64,000 nucleotides of DNA from Candidatus Omnitrophota bacterium. GTDB taxonomy: Bacteria > Hinthialibacterota > Hinthialibacteria > Hinthialibacterales > JAKPRU01. The stretch lies in the NCBI GenBank assembly GCA_029570205.1, contig JAKQSI010000090.1, forward strand, positions 37,674-101,673. Direction: 5' to 3'. How positions within the stretch are numbered: position 1 is the first letter of the stretch; the number at the start of each line of letters is the position of its first letter. The translations under genes were made by a program, and so were the position numbers. Below, in pieces: positions 1 to 10,500 of the stretch. Below the pieces are notes generated by a model, which did not search any database, was not told where the DNA came from, and saw nothing but the letters and a program-made list of their open reading frames with translations.

Positions 1-238
1 AGGTGGAATGAGTCGCCAGGGTCATAATATGGACCTCCTTGGCAGCGATATGAAAACTGATATATCCGACAACCTGGTCCTCCGGCAAGGAGGTCGCCAC
101 AAGGAATCGAATCGGACCGCGGAGAATGGCCTCCTCAATGGTTTTTCTCGACCATGGGCATGAAAAAGAGAAGGTCTCGATCTCCATGATCCGGTCAAGA
201 TCCTCAAGCTGCGCCGGGCGAATCTGAACGCTGGACAT
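1..238 (-). CDS. GNAT-family N-acetyltransferase (RimI-like), N-terminal part; the gene runs off the window start
   Basis: Reverse-strand ATG at 238-236. Translation is MSSVQIRPAQLEDLDRIMEIETFSFSCPWSRKTIEEAILRGPIRFLVATS..., an N-terminal pattern typical of RimI-type acetyltransferases. The frame stays open to position 1, so it is absent from the ORF track. Divergent from comM. Confidence 0.45.
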   Translation of the reverse strand, partial: MSSVQIRPAQLEDLDRIMEIETFSFSCPWSRKTIEEAILRGPIRFLVATSLPEDQVVGYISFHIAAKEVHIMTLATHST

Positions 239-459
239 AGTGGATCATCATTAAGCAGATGGTTGGATCAGGCAAGGGAGGAATCCACTTGGGCCACAGG
301 CTGGAAGCCTGCGCCGGCCTTTTTTCAGGGGACCATGGGGGTGATCTGTGTATCTTTCGGGAAAAACCGTCCGGTCATCTGTTCAATCCCCGGACTTTCG
401 TGTTAGGATTCCGCTGCACAAATGTACCCTGACCGGATCGGGGAGGTCTGCGACCGCTT

Positions 460-1995
460 ATGTATGTGAAGATTTTTTCGAGCGCTACCCTGGGGATTGA
501 TGCGTATATCATGGAAGTGGAGTTCGATATTGCCGGCGGATTGCCATCCTTTGTGATTGTGGGATTGCCGGATGCCAGTATTCGGGAAAGCCGCGACCGG
601 GTTCATTCCGCGATTGAAAAGACGGGAATGTCGTTTCCCATGAGGCGTATCACGATCAATCTCGCGCCGGCCGACATTCAGAAAGAGGGTTCTGCGCTGG
701 ACCTTCCTATCGCGGTGGGATTGCTGTGCGGTTCCGGCGCGATTTCCGTGGATCGTGTCAAGGATGCCATTTTCCTTGGGGAATTAGCGCTGGATGGCGC
801 TGTTCGTTCCGTTTCGGGTGTCCTTCCGATAGCCCTGAAAGCGAAGGAGAAGAAGATTTCGGCCCTTTATGTGCCGAAAGAGGTGGCGAAAGAGGCAGCG
901 GTTGTCGAAAACGGTCCGACTGTATATCCCGTGGGAACGCTTCTTGAGCTGGTTCGGCATTTAAACGACGACAGGGCGATTCAACCGGAGAAGGTTGATG
1001 TGAAGTCCTTGTTTAACCGGCAGTCGGAATACGATGTCGATTTCAGCGAAGTGAAGGGGCAGGAGCACGCGAAGCGGGCGATGGAGATTGCGGCAGCGGG
1101 GGGACATAACGTGATCATGATCGGCCCGCCCGGTTCCGGCAAGACCATGCTCGCCAAACGTCTGCCGACCATCCTGCCTACGCTTTCGCTTGAGGAGGCG
1201 CTGGAGACAACGAAGATCCACAGCATTGCGGGGCAGCTGGGGAATCAGCCCTTGATCGGAACGCGCCCGGTGCGTTCGCCGCATCATTCGGTTTCGGATG
1301 CGGGCTTGATCGGTGGGGGCCGTCATCCCAGGCCGGGCGAGGTAAGCCTGGCGCATAACGGTGTCCTGTTTCTCGATGAGTTGCCGGAGTTTTCGCGCGC
1401 TGTGCTGGAGAATCTGCGGCAACCTCTGGAGGATGGGGTGGTCACGATCAGCCGCGCCGCGGCCACGTTGACTTTCCCGGCGAATTTCATGCTGATCGCG
1501 GCGTCGAATCCCTGCCCATGCGGTTATTTCGGCGATACGAACAAGGCCTGTCGGTGCACGCCGATGCAGGTTCAGAACTATATGTCCAAACTCTCGGGGC
1601 CGCTGATGGATCGGATTGACATCCACATCGAAGTGCCGAGCGTCAAGCTGGACGATCTGCACCTTCCACCGGCCGGGGAATCGTCCAAGACCATCCGGGA
1701 GCGGATACAGAGAGCGCGCGAGATTCAGCAGGCGCGTTTCGCCGGAACCGGGCTGCACTCCAACGCCGATATGACCTCACGATCGATGAGGGAGCATTGC
1801 CCCATGACCTCGGAAGCTCGGGATGTTCTCAGGGATGGAATCGAACGATTGGGACTCTCTGCCCGTGCCTACGACCGCATTATCAAGGTCGCAAGGACCA
1901 TCGCCGACCTGGAGGGGGCCGAAACTCTGCGCCCCACCGATATTGCGGAAGCTCTCCAGTACCGTACGCTGGACCGGAAGTTGTGGATGAAGTAG
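460..1995 (+). CDS. comM: YifB/ComM family Mg-chelatase-like AAA+ ATPase
   Basis: 511 aa. N-terminal Lon-like/ChlI block (ITINLAPADIQKEGSALDLPIAVGLL), Walker A GPPGSGKT, LFLDELPEF Walker B, and a C-terminal helical domain. This architecture is diagnostic of ComM. Confidence 0.9.
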   Translation: MYVKIFSSATLGIDAYIMEVEFDIAGGLPSFVIVGLPDASIRESRDRVHSAIEKTGMSFPMRRITINLAPADIQKEGSALDLPIAVGLLCGSGAISVDRVKDAIFLGELALDGAVRSVSGVLPIALKAKEKKISALYVPKEVAKEAAVVENGPTVYPVGTLLELVRHLNDDRAIQPEKVDVKSLFNRQSEYDVDFSEVKGQEHAKRAMEIAAAGGHNVIMIGPPGSGKTMLAKRLPTILPTLSLEEALETTKIHSIAGQLGNQPLIGTRPVRSPHHSVSDAGLIGGGRHPRPGEVSLAHNGVLFLDELPEFSRAVLENLRQPLEDGVVTISRAAATLTFPANFMLIAASNPCPCGYFGDTNKACRCTPMQVQNYMSKLSGPLMDRIDIHIEVPSVKLDDLHLPPAGESSKTIRERIQRAREIQQARFAGTGLHSNADMTSRSMREHCPMTSEARDVLRDGIERLGLSARAYDRIIKVARTIADLEGAETLRPTDIAEALQYRTLDRKLWMK

Positions 1996-2001
1996 CCGAT
2001 T

Positions 2002-2712
2002 TCACCCAACCGGATTGATGGCCGGGACCGGCGGTGTTTTCAGCCAGGTGATCCGATTGCGCGCCTGACTGCGGTAATTGGAGTCACTCGGGATTTCCTC
2101 ATACAGGGCAAGAGCCTCCTGGGGCTGATTCAAGTCTTCCTTGCACTGGGCCAACAGGAACGTGATTTGATCGCGCATTTCCGGGCTGTCTACCTCGGAC
2201 CGCAGCGATTCGAGTTCCTCTACCGCTGTCTGCGTATCCCCTTGCGATCGGTGGATCTGGACCAGGGCCAGGCGGATGGAATACCGGGTTGGAAGATCCT
2301 CCACCATCTGCAGGGCGGTCTGATAATCGGCGAAAGCCCCATCGTAGTTTTTCTGTTTGTGGCGGGCGAATCCGCGAAGCACATACGCGGCGGAAACACA
2401 GTCCTGGCCGCTGAATCGCTCGATCAGCTCGGTCAGTGTGGTTTCTGCGCTGCCATAATCGCCCCGGTCGACTAATGTTGCCGCAGTGGAATAGATTTCC
2501 TGCGCCGCCGAAAAATCGGTGGCTTCCTTCCATCGCCACAAAAATGTCACGCCGAACAGCAGGCACAGACCGATCACGGTCCAGAATGTGACCCGACCGT
2601 ATTTTTCCAGGTAATCTCGAATGGAATCGCGAATGTCCTGAAAAAAAAGCGCAACTTCGTCCTCTTTGAGTCGTTTTTTCAGTTCTTTTTGATGAATTCT
2701 CTGTTCCGGCAT
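2002..2712 (-). CDS. Membrane-anchored TPR-repeat protein (YfgM-like)
   Basis: 236 aa. One N-proximal TM helix (FWTVIGLCLLFGVTFLW) followed by TPR-like helical repeats, similar in layout to YfgM (UPF0070). Confidence 0.5.
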   Translation of the reverse strand: MPEQRIHQKELKKRLKEDEVALFFQDIRDSIRDYLEKYGRVTFWTVIGLCLLFGVTFLWRWKEATDFSAAQEIYSTAATLVDRGDYGSAETTLTELIERFSGQDCVSAAYVLRGFARHKQKNYDGAFADYQTALQMVEDLPTRYSIRLALVQIHRSQGDTQTAVEELESLRSEVDSPEMRDQITFLLAQCKEDLNQPQEALALYEEIPSDSNYRSQARNRITWLKTPPVPAINPVG

Positions 2713-2853
2713 GGCTCTGTTTCCCTATGAAGATTTACGAAAATCTATATTACCCTGTCGCTCACGTCTGTCGAGAGCGGTCCGGTGTCGCTACCTTTCC
2801 CCCGTGTCTTACGTTAAACTGAGTGTAAGTCGGACATCCCGGGGTAAACCAAA

Positions 2854-3117
2854 GTGAATAGAATGAGACAGCGCTTTCGATTGATGGTCCTGGTGTTGCT
2901 CACCGGATTCCTGTTTGCCGGATGCGCCTCGATGAAGAAGGCCAGGACGGAGGGGCTGGGGGTATACCCGCATGATCCATGGTATTCCGGTCTCGTTCCA
3001 TTGTCCAAGGATGAATTCACGGATTGGGCCATATTCGACCTGGGATATCCGACCCTTCCCGATTTCAATGATACCACAGAGAATCCGGTCTACGATTTGT
3101 ATATCCTGTTTCGATAA
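2854..3117 (+). CDS. Small lipoprotein, function unknown
   Basis: 87 aa. Signal peptide with lipobox LFAGC (MNRMRQRFRLMVLVLLTGFLFAGCAS). Confidence 0.5.
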   Translation: MNRMRQRFRLMVLVLLTGFLFAGCASMKKARTEGLGVYPHDPWYSGLVPLSKDEFTDWAIFDLGYPTLPDFNDTTENPVYDLYILFR

Positions 3118-3205
3118 CTAACCGAGTAATCAGGGCAGAACGCGAGTACCGAATTCCTGCCGGGGAAAGTTTCTTCCCGGTGCGCAGGGCGGTTTGACGC
3201 ATTTC

Positions 3206-4660
3206 TTATTGATATTGGCTGCCCTCCGGTTTTTTCGGTTCGATCTGAGGTCGTGGGTCTGTGTGTGCGGATTGCAAGACTTGTTTCGACTTCTCTACGA
3301 TATCCGGCCTTTTGTCGGACAGATCGGTCTGCTCGGCAGGATCGTTGGAAAGATCATAAAGTTCAAATTTTGTCTCCTTTCCTGCTTGATCGTATTTCTG
3401 AAGGGCCTTCCAATTTCCCATCCGCAAAGCCCGGCCTCCGTCCGTTTCCCAATACAGGTACTCATGCTCCAATCGACTTTTCCCGGCGCTGTTTTCTCCG
3501 AACAACGAGGGCAGAATCGGGAGTCCGTCGATATTTTTCGGAGACTCAGCGCCGGCAAGGTCCGCAAGGGTCGGCAGAAAGTCCGGGAAATAGCAGACCT
3601 GTTCGCAGGTTGAGTTTCGCTCAATTTTATCCGGCCATCGCACAATCATGGGGACCCGGATTCCTCCCTCGTAGAGTTGAGTTTTATATCCCCGCAGGCC
3701 GGCTGTTGCGTCAAAGAACTCGGGGTCTGCCGGTCCATTGGAGGGGCCGTTATCCGACGTGAAAAAAACAATCGTGTTGTCGTCTAGGCCGAGTTCTTTC
3801 AGGAACGCAAACAGGCGTCCGATGTCCCGATCCATGCGGGTAATCATGGCCGCAAACGCGGCTTTTGGGGTTTCCTGGGCCGCATAATCGGTGGGATACC
3901 CGGCTTTTCCGTCACGTCCGGTGTACGGCACTTCGGGGAACTTTCCACGATACTCTTGCAGGGAGTCTTCCGGGACAAGGAGCTCATAATGCGGAATCGC
4001 GAACGCCAGATATAAGAAGAACGGTTTGGACTGTGCGGAGGATGATGCGGAACCGTGGCGACGGATGAAATCAAAGGCTTTTTCCACGATTACGTCATGG
4101 GCATACTGCCCGCTTTTGCCGTCGTTTCCTTCAAGCGGGTATTTTGTATCATTGAGCCAGAGATACTCCGGGTAATAGAAATGTGCGTGAATCTGGTGAA
4201 GCCATCCGAAGAACTCATCGAACCCCTGGTTGTTGGGTATCCCTGTTGTGCCGTGTTCGCCGAGTCCCCATTTTCCGAAAAGTCCCGTGGTGTAGCCGGA
4301 TTCTTTCAGGATTTCGGCGACGGTGAGGTCTTCCGGCAGAAGGGGAATGCCGCCTGAGTTGCCGCGCACGGAGGCATGTCCGCCGTGGAGGCCGGTCATC
4401 AGGGTACACCGGCTGGGAGCGCACACCGGCGCGCCGGAGTAACATTGGGTGAATCGCATTCCTTCTGCGGCCATGTTATTCAAGTAAGGTGTGCGGATTT
4501 TCTTCTGGCCGTAACATTCCAGATGCCCGTATCCCAGGTCATCCGCCATGATGAAAAGGATGTTGGGGCGCTGACCGGCTTGCGATGCCCGGACAAGGGG
4601 CGGCAGCGCCAGAGCCGTCATACTCATAAGAGTTCTATGGAGAAAGTCGCGTCGTTTCAC
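3206..4660 (-). CDS. Cys-type sulfatase (arylsulfatase family), Tat-exported
   Basis: 484 aa. Twin-arginine signal (KRRDFLHRTLM). Sulfatase signature C-A-P-S-R-CTLMTG, plus the N-terminal IMADDLGYG and GGHAS metal-site motifs. Confidence 0.9.
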   Translation of the reverse strand: MKRRDFLHRTLMSMTALALPPLVRASQAGQRPNILFIMADDLGYGHLECYGQKKIRTPYLNNMAAEGMRFTQCYSGAPVCAPSRCTLMTGLHGGHASVRGNSGGIPLLPEDLTVAEILKESGYTTGLFGKWGLGEHGTTGIPNNQGFDEFFGWLHQIHAHFYYPEYLWLNDTKYPLEGNDGKSGQYAHDVIVEKAFDFIRRHGSASSSAQSKPFFLYLAFAIPHYELLVPEDSLQEYRGKFPEVPYTGRDGKAGYPTDYAAQETPKAAFAAMITRMDRDIGRLFAFLKELGLDDNTIVFFTSDNGPSNGPADPEFFDATAGLRGYKTQLYEGGIRVPMIVRWPDKIERNSTCEQVCYFPDFLPTLADLAGAESPKNIDGLPILPSLFGENSAGKSRLEHEYLYWETDGGRALRMGNWKALQKYDQAGKETKFELYDLSNDPAEQTDLSDKRPDIVEKSKQVLQSAHTDPRPQIEPKKPEGSQYQ

Positions 4661-4705
4661 AGTTCAAAACCTCCCATTCGGTGTGGTGACAATTCGTTCG
4701 GGTGG

Positions 4706-7120
4706 TTATTCGTCCCGGCACAAGCGAAGACCGAGATTGTCGGCGCGGGTGTCGGGGGGATATGCGGCACGGTATGCGCTCCGGCATTCGCCCCCTTTGC
4801 TGTTCCAGGCTCCTCCGCGTGCAACGCGGAGGGCGCCGTTCGCCGGCCCCTGCGGATCGATGGTCGGCGAGCGGCCGTAATACTCCGGGTCATACCAATC
4901 CCAGCACCACTCCATCACATTGCCGTGCATATCGCAGAGTCCCCAGGCATTGGGAGGATACTGGCCCACTTCCACGGGTTGCGAGCTCTCAAAATTCGCC
5001 TGGTCTCCGGTTAGAGAATCTCCAAACGAGAAATCGGAGTCGGTCCCGGCCCGGCAGGCATATTCCCACTCGGCTTCTGTCGGAAGGCGGAATGTCCCCA
5101 CGCCGCGCCGGCTCATCCGGTCAACAAACTCCTGGCAATCAATCCAGGAAACATTAACAACGGGCATATTGTCTTCTTTCCGGGGAGAGGGTGGAGCGCC
5201 CATTTCTTCCTGCCATTGTTTGTTGGTGATTTCGGTTTTGCCGATCCAGAAGCCATTCGATATCCGTACACGGTGAGCCGGTTTCTCATGCTGGTCAAAG
5301 ATCTCCGTACCCATCACGAAAGTCCCCGGCGGGATATGAACAAAAACGATACCCGCAAACGTTTTTTCTTCCAGGACCTCACTCATCGTCGGCGTCGGTT
5401 TCGGTTTTACAGTTTCCGAGGGCGATTCGGAAGGCGCGCCGGGCGCGTTCTGAAATGTTCTCCAATAGGCGTTCGGACCGAATCGCAGGCGGCCCCGTGA
5501 GATGGGACCGTTTTCAAAATACAATGTTGCCTCTGTCAGCAGAAGCATGATGATGGGAACAGCAATCCAGACAATCCAATGGAGGACACCGAGTTTCCAG
5601 GATCTATCGGTGACGGCAACAGGACCGCTCGGCATGTCCGGGAAAGTCGGAGGAGAAACCCCGGCCCCCATTCGGACAACCAGCCAGGCGCACAGCACGC
5701 ACGTGATCCAGAATGTGCATTCGACCCAAACACGCATCAGATATTTCATTTCGACAAAGTTGAGCATGAATGCGCCGACCAGGGTCACGGTCAGATAAAA
5801 CAGGTAGAGAAGCTGGCCTGTGCCGAAATCGGTGGCGGGAATGAATGCCAACGGGCTGCGGCGATTTCGGAAAACGGCGTAGATCACCAGAGCGCACAAG
5901 AGAATAAAGATCAGATCGTACCAGGCCCTGGCCGAGAAACCGAACAACAAGTCATGACTGATGATATCCTGGTTCTCGATCCATCGATCGATATTCTTGT
6001 GCAGGTTGAACCACAGAATGGGAACCAGCAGACCGAGTGTGGATAGTTCGTTCAGTTTGCGCTCATCGGTATCTTCCTCCGGGGGAGGCAAGCGCCCTCG
6101 CAGAAGCCTGAGAATCCCGAAGGCCACGCCCAGTCCCATGAGCAATCCGAAACCTTGCTCCGTGGTTTTCCATCCGCCAAGCAGCTTCAGAGAGACGCTG
6201 TTCGCAATCGGTCCCCAAGCGGCTGTGAAGGGAATCCGAATAAAGTTCGCAAGGGTGAATCCGAATCCCCCGGCGAGTGTGCAGTACGACATAAAGAGCC
6301 GTCCCGCGCGGTGTTTGCGCCAGGTCAGGTAACCGAACATTGTGAAGAAAACACCGAGAGTGCCCGCCCAGTTCTCTCCCCGGTGCGGCGGCGCAAGGGG
6401 AAGTCCGATCAAGAGCATAAAAAAGGCGGCCGAGATCAGCCAGCCCGCGGAAATCAGCATTATCAACCGACATGCCTCCCGCTTTCCAGGTGAAAACACC
6501 CAGTAAAGCGCGGCGGTGATCAGCGCTGTGGATGCGGTCATCCAGTCTACTTTGGCGGTTCCCATCACTTTCTGGAATCCGCGAAGGCTCTCGGCATAAT
6601 TCCGGTGAAACTCAGGGGACATCCAGCGTGCCACCCAGTCCGGCGAGAAGCGGAAAAACCACTCGACAAGAATCCAGACAACATAAACGACAACAATCGG
6701 CCCGATGAACTTCTCCAGGCGGGATCGTTTCTCTGTCAGGGAGAGAATCAGGATCGAACCGCCGATCCCCGCCCAGATTCCGCCGAGCAGAAACAAAACA
6801 CCGTAAGAATACAGGACATCCGGAAATGAGTCGGAGTGGGCATAAAAAACCGAATGCTCCATATAGCTGAATTGACCGCCGAATGCCCAGCCCACCGCGC
6901 TGAAGAAGCCCACCACGGCGCAACGCTTATACCAGTCCGGGCGGCCCGAGGCGAGGCATAACGCTATCGCCATCAGGGCGGCGGCAACCATAGCTCCGGC
7001 CTCATGCCCGTACTCGCCGCGAAACCCCCACCCGTACGACATCGTGAGCGCGGAAAGAAGGCAAAGCGCAAAAGGGCTGAAAGCCAACCGGCAATTCGTC
7101 AATGATCGGTTCTCATCCAT
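4706..7120 (-). CDS. Polytopic membrane protein with C-terminal FGE/SUMF1 (formylglycine-generating enzyme) family domain
   Basis: 804 aa. The first ~560 aa contain many hydrophobic helices. The last ~250 aa carry FGE-domain blocks (RVRISNGFWIGKTEIT, RLPTEAEWEYACRAG, GLCDMHGNVMEWCWDWY, RVARGGAW). Sits directly upstream of, and co-oriented with, the sulfatase. Confidence 0.8.
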   Translation of the reverse strand: MDENRSLTNCRLAFSPFALCLLSALTMSYGWGFRGEYGHEAGAMVAAALMAIALCLASGRPDWYKRCAVVGFFSAVGWAFGGQFSYMEHSVFYAHSDSFPDVLYSYGVLFLLGGIWAGIGGSILILSLTEKRSRLEKFIGPIVVVYVVWILVEWFFRFSPDWVARWMSPEFHRNYAESLRGFQKVMGTAKVDWMTASTALITAALYWVFSPGKREACRLIMLISAGWLISAAFFMLLIGLPLAPPHRGENWAGTLGVFFTMFGYLTWRKHRAGRLFMSYCTLAGGFGFTLANFIRIPFTAAWGPIANSVSLKLLGGWKTTEQGFGLLMGLGVAFGILRLLRGRLPPPEEDTDERKLNELSTLGLLVPILWFNLHKNIDRWIENQDIISHDLLFGFSARAWYDLIFILLCALVIYAVFRNRRSPLAFIPATDFGTGQLLYLFYLTVTLVGAFMLNFVEMKYLMRVWVECTFWITCVLCAWLVVRMGAGVSPPTFPDMPSGPVAVTDRSWKLGVLHWIVWIAVPIIMLLLTEATLYFENGPISRGRLRFGPNAYWRTFQNAPGAPSESPSETVKPKPTPTMSEVLEEKTFAGIVFVHIPPGTFVMGTEIFDQHEKPAHRVRISNGFWIGKTEITNKQWQEEMGAPPSPRKEDNMPVVNVSWIDCQEFVDRMSRRGVGTFRLPTEAEWEYACRAGTDSDFSFGDSLTGDQANFESSQPVEVGQYPPNAWGLCDMHGNVMEWCWDWYDPEYYGRSPTIDPQGPANGALRVARGGAWNSKGGECRSAYRAAYPPDTRADNLGLRLCRDE

Positions 7121-7514
7121 CGAACGATCCTGCCTTTCCCCGTTTTGTCCTACATTTTCTTCACGAGATTATGCTTTACAGCAAGAAAGTCTTTCCGGCA
7201 AGATTCCTTTACGTTCCGGCCCGTACCATAATCCCTCTTTTGAAAGAGATCCATCGGACCGGAACCGTGTTGTTTTGTAAGCCACCCGGTATTTGAGGTT
7301 GTTTCGGGCACACTCTATCATTTGCGAGTTTCTTTGCTCAGAACTTCCGTGGCGCTTTCCCGTTCTTCTCCGTTGAGGCTCTCCACTTTCCAAGAAATCT
7401 TTAAATCGTTTTTTTTGACTTTGGGAGTACTCGTCCATTCCGGGCGGGGCATCGGAATGTGGTAATATAAGTGGGGATATGGTCCCGCGAATCCGCCCAG
7501 GTAGGAGTATCGAA

Positions 7515-10500
7515 ATGAACTCTATTCCGAAACGGTTGGTCGTTGCATTCCTGCTTGCGATGTTCGCAACAGTGATCGGAGGTCGGTGGGTGGCCGACTG
7601 GCGGGAAAAAGTCGTGGATGGCGCCATGCGTGGAGACCTGCTTACCCAAGCGGAGGCTATCGCTCGGGTGATCAATCCCGAATGGGTGAAATCTCTGTCT
7701 TTCTCGGAAGCGGATAAAACGAATCCTGTTTATCGGCGTCTGTGCAGCCAAATGAAGGCATACGCAGAGGCGATCGGATTCCGCAGTCTTTACAGCATGG
7801 CCCTGCGCGATGGAAACATTGTCTTTGGGCCGGAAAGCCTCGATGAAGGTGATCCATGGGCCTCTCCGCCGGGAACGGTCTATAAAGAACCCTCCGAATT
7901 GGATTTTCAAATCTTCGAAACCGGAATCCCGTCGGTGCAAGGCCCTGTGACGGATGAATACGGGACCTTTGTTTCCGCGCAGGCGCCGGTGCTTGATCCC
8001 GATACGAATGAGGTTCTTCTCGTTATCGGGATAGATGTTGAAGCCGGGGAATGGCAGCGAGCGATTGACAATGCGCGACGCACTCCCATTCTTTTCACTC
8101 TGGCGCTTGGATTGACTCTCCTGGGTGGCATTGCGACGCTGTTTTTGCGGGATCGGTTTCCGGCCAGGCATCGGTTGCATTACACGGAAGCGTGCCTGAC
8201 TGCCGCATTGGGCATTCTGTTGACAGGAATCGCGGCGTGGGCGCTTCACCAGGATCAGGTGAGTTCCAGAAGGGAGGTGTTCAAGCCGCTGGCCTTTGCG
8301 GAGATGGTCAATGTTCGGGGAGCCCTCGATGAAATCCGAGCCTGCATGACTCAAATCAGCGGTTTTTTCGAGGCTGATGAGCATGTCGATCGTCGGGCGT
8401 TTCACTCCTATACTCGTTTGCTTGTGCGAAACCGGAATCTCCAAGCCCTTATGTGGATTCCCGTTGTTCCTGCACATTCCAGAGAGAATTGGGAAAGGGA
8501 AATCCGGGAGGAAGGATTTCCGGAATTTGTTATTTATGAGAAGGGAGACAATGGCGAATTCCTGCCTGCACCGGGACGGGATTTTTATTACCCGGTTTTA
8601 TATGTGGAACCGATGCAGGGGAATGAGCGTGTACTGGGCTGTGATTTCCGCTCCGATCCACGCTATCGCACCGCCATGGAGGAGGCCGCCGGGACCGGAC
8701 TACCCGTCATCATAGAATCCACGGAGTCGTTCCAGGCGACCGGGGGACTCAAGACGCTGTTTCTTTTTTATCCCATTTATTCTCAGTCGTCCAAGGTGAG
8801 CGGGGAGGCAAGTTCCGACACGGCGTCTTCCTCTCTGCGCGGATTTGTCCTTGGGGTGATCTGTCCGCAGGACATGCTGACTCGTGTTCTGAATCCGTTC
8901 GACCGTGAGGATGTACACACGATTGTGGACTTGCTGGAGGCGCAGCCGGGCATTCCGCCCCGGTTCCTGGCTTCCTCATTGCGCAAACATGCTGAGATTC
9001 ATCGGGTCCCCGGGGAAATACCGCAACCAAAGTATACGGATTTTTCGATGATTTACCCGCTGTTGGTTTTCAACGACACCTATCTCCTGGTGGTTTATCC
9101 GACGCCGACGTTTTTCGAGGCGAATCCGGCGCGGGCCGGATGGGTGGCGGGCCTCATGGGAATGTTTATTACGGTGGTGCTGACTGTCTTCGGCCTCTTC
9201 CTGAGCAATCGTCGCGCGGAACTGGAGAGACAGGTATCGGTGCGCACGGCGGAACTGCAGGAAGCACAGCAAAGGTTTCACACCATCCTGGATGTTACAG
9301 GGACAAGGATCATCATCATCGATTCCGAACATAACCTTCAGTATGTCGATCCGGGCTGGCAGAGGGATCGGGGCGATCCGACCGGTCGAAAGTGTTATGA
9401 GTATTTCATGGGGCAGGACAAGCCGTGCGAGGACTGCCTGGCTGCCCGTGCCCTGGAAACAGGGCAGGTTCTTGTCGAGGAGGGACCTTTGACACCGGAG
9501 AACAAGCGCATTTTCGAGGTGCACCGGATTCCGTTCCAGGATCAGAACGGACGCCGGTTGGTTGCCGAATTCAGTGTGGATATCGACAGGCGCAAACGGG
9601 CGGAAGAGGCTCTCCGGGATTCGCAACGACAGCTATTGGATATTTTTAACTTCTTGCCGGACGCGACATTCGTCATCGATACAAATAGAACCGTGGTGGC
9701 GTGGAATCGGGCAATTGAAGAGATGACCGGAGTTAAAGCCAAAGACATTCTGGGGAAAGGCGACTACGAATACGCGCTGCCGTTCTATGGGATTCGGAGA
9801 CCGATTCTGATTGATCTGATATTAGAACCCAACGAAGATATTAAGAAACGATACCACTTCGTCAGGCGAGAAGGCGATATCCTTCTGGCGCAAGCCGATG
9901 TTCAGATACGGGGGGAAACACTCGCTCTCTGGATTATTGCCAAACCTCTGTATAACAGCCACGGTGATGTGGTGGGGGCCATTGAGTGCATTCGGGATAT
10001 TACCGAGAGCGAGCAGGCCCGGATTGCACTGCACAAAAGTGAGGCGCGGGTCAGAAGAAAACTGGCGGCCATTCTTGATCCCGAAGGCGACATCGGAACG
10101 CTGGAACTGAGCGATATTCTCGATGTTGAGGCGCTTCAAGCGGTGATGGAGGAATTCTATCGGGTTACACGGTTCTCCACGGCGATCATCGATGTTCAAG
10201 GAAGAGTTCTGGTATCTTCCGGTTGGCAGGATATCTGCACAAAGTATCATCGGATTCACCCGGAGACCCTGCGGAATTGCATTGAGAGTGACACCGCTCT
10301 GACAAAAGGCGTACCGGAGGGGACCTATAAGCTCTACCAGTGCAAGAACGGTTTGTGGGACGTGTCTACACCCATTGTTGTCGGGGGCAATCATGTGGGA
10401 AATCTGTTTCTTGGACAGTTCTTGTTCGAGGGGGAAGCGCTGGATATAGAACTATTCCGCAGCAAGGCACGTCAATATGGATTTGATGAGAAGGAGTATC

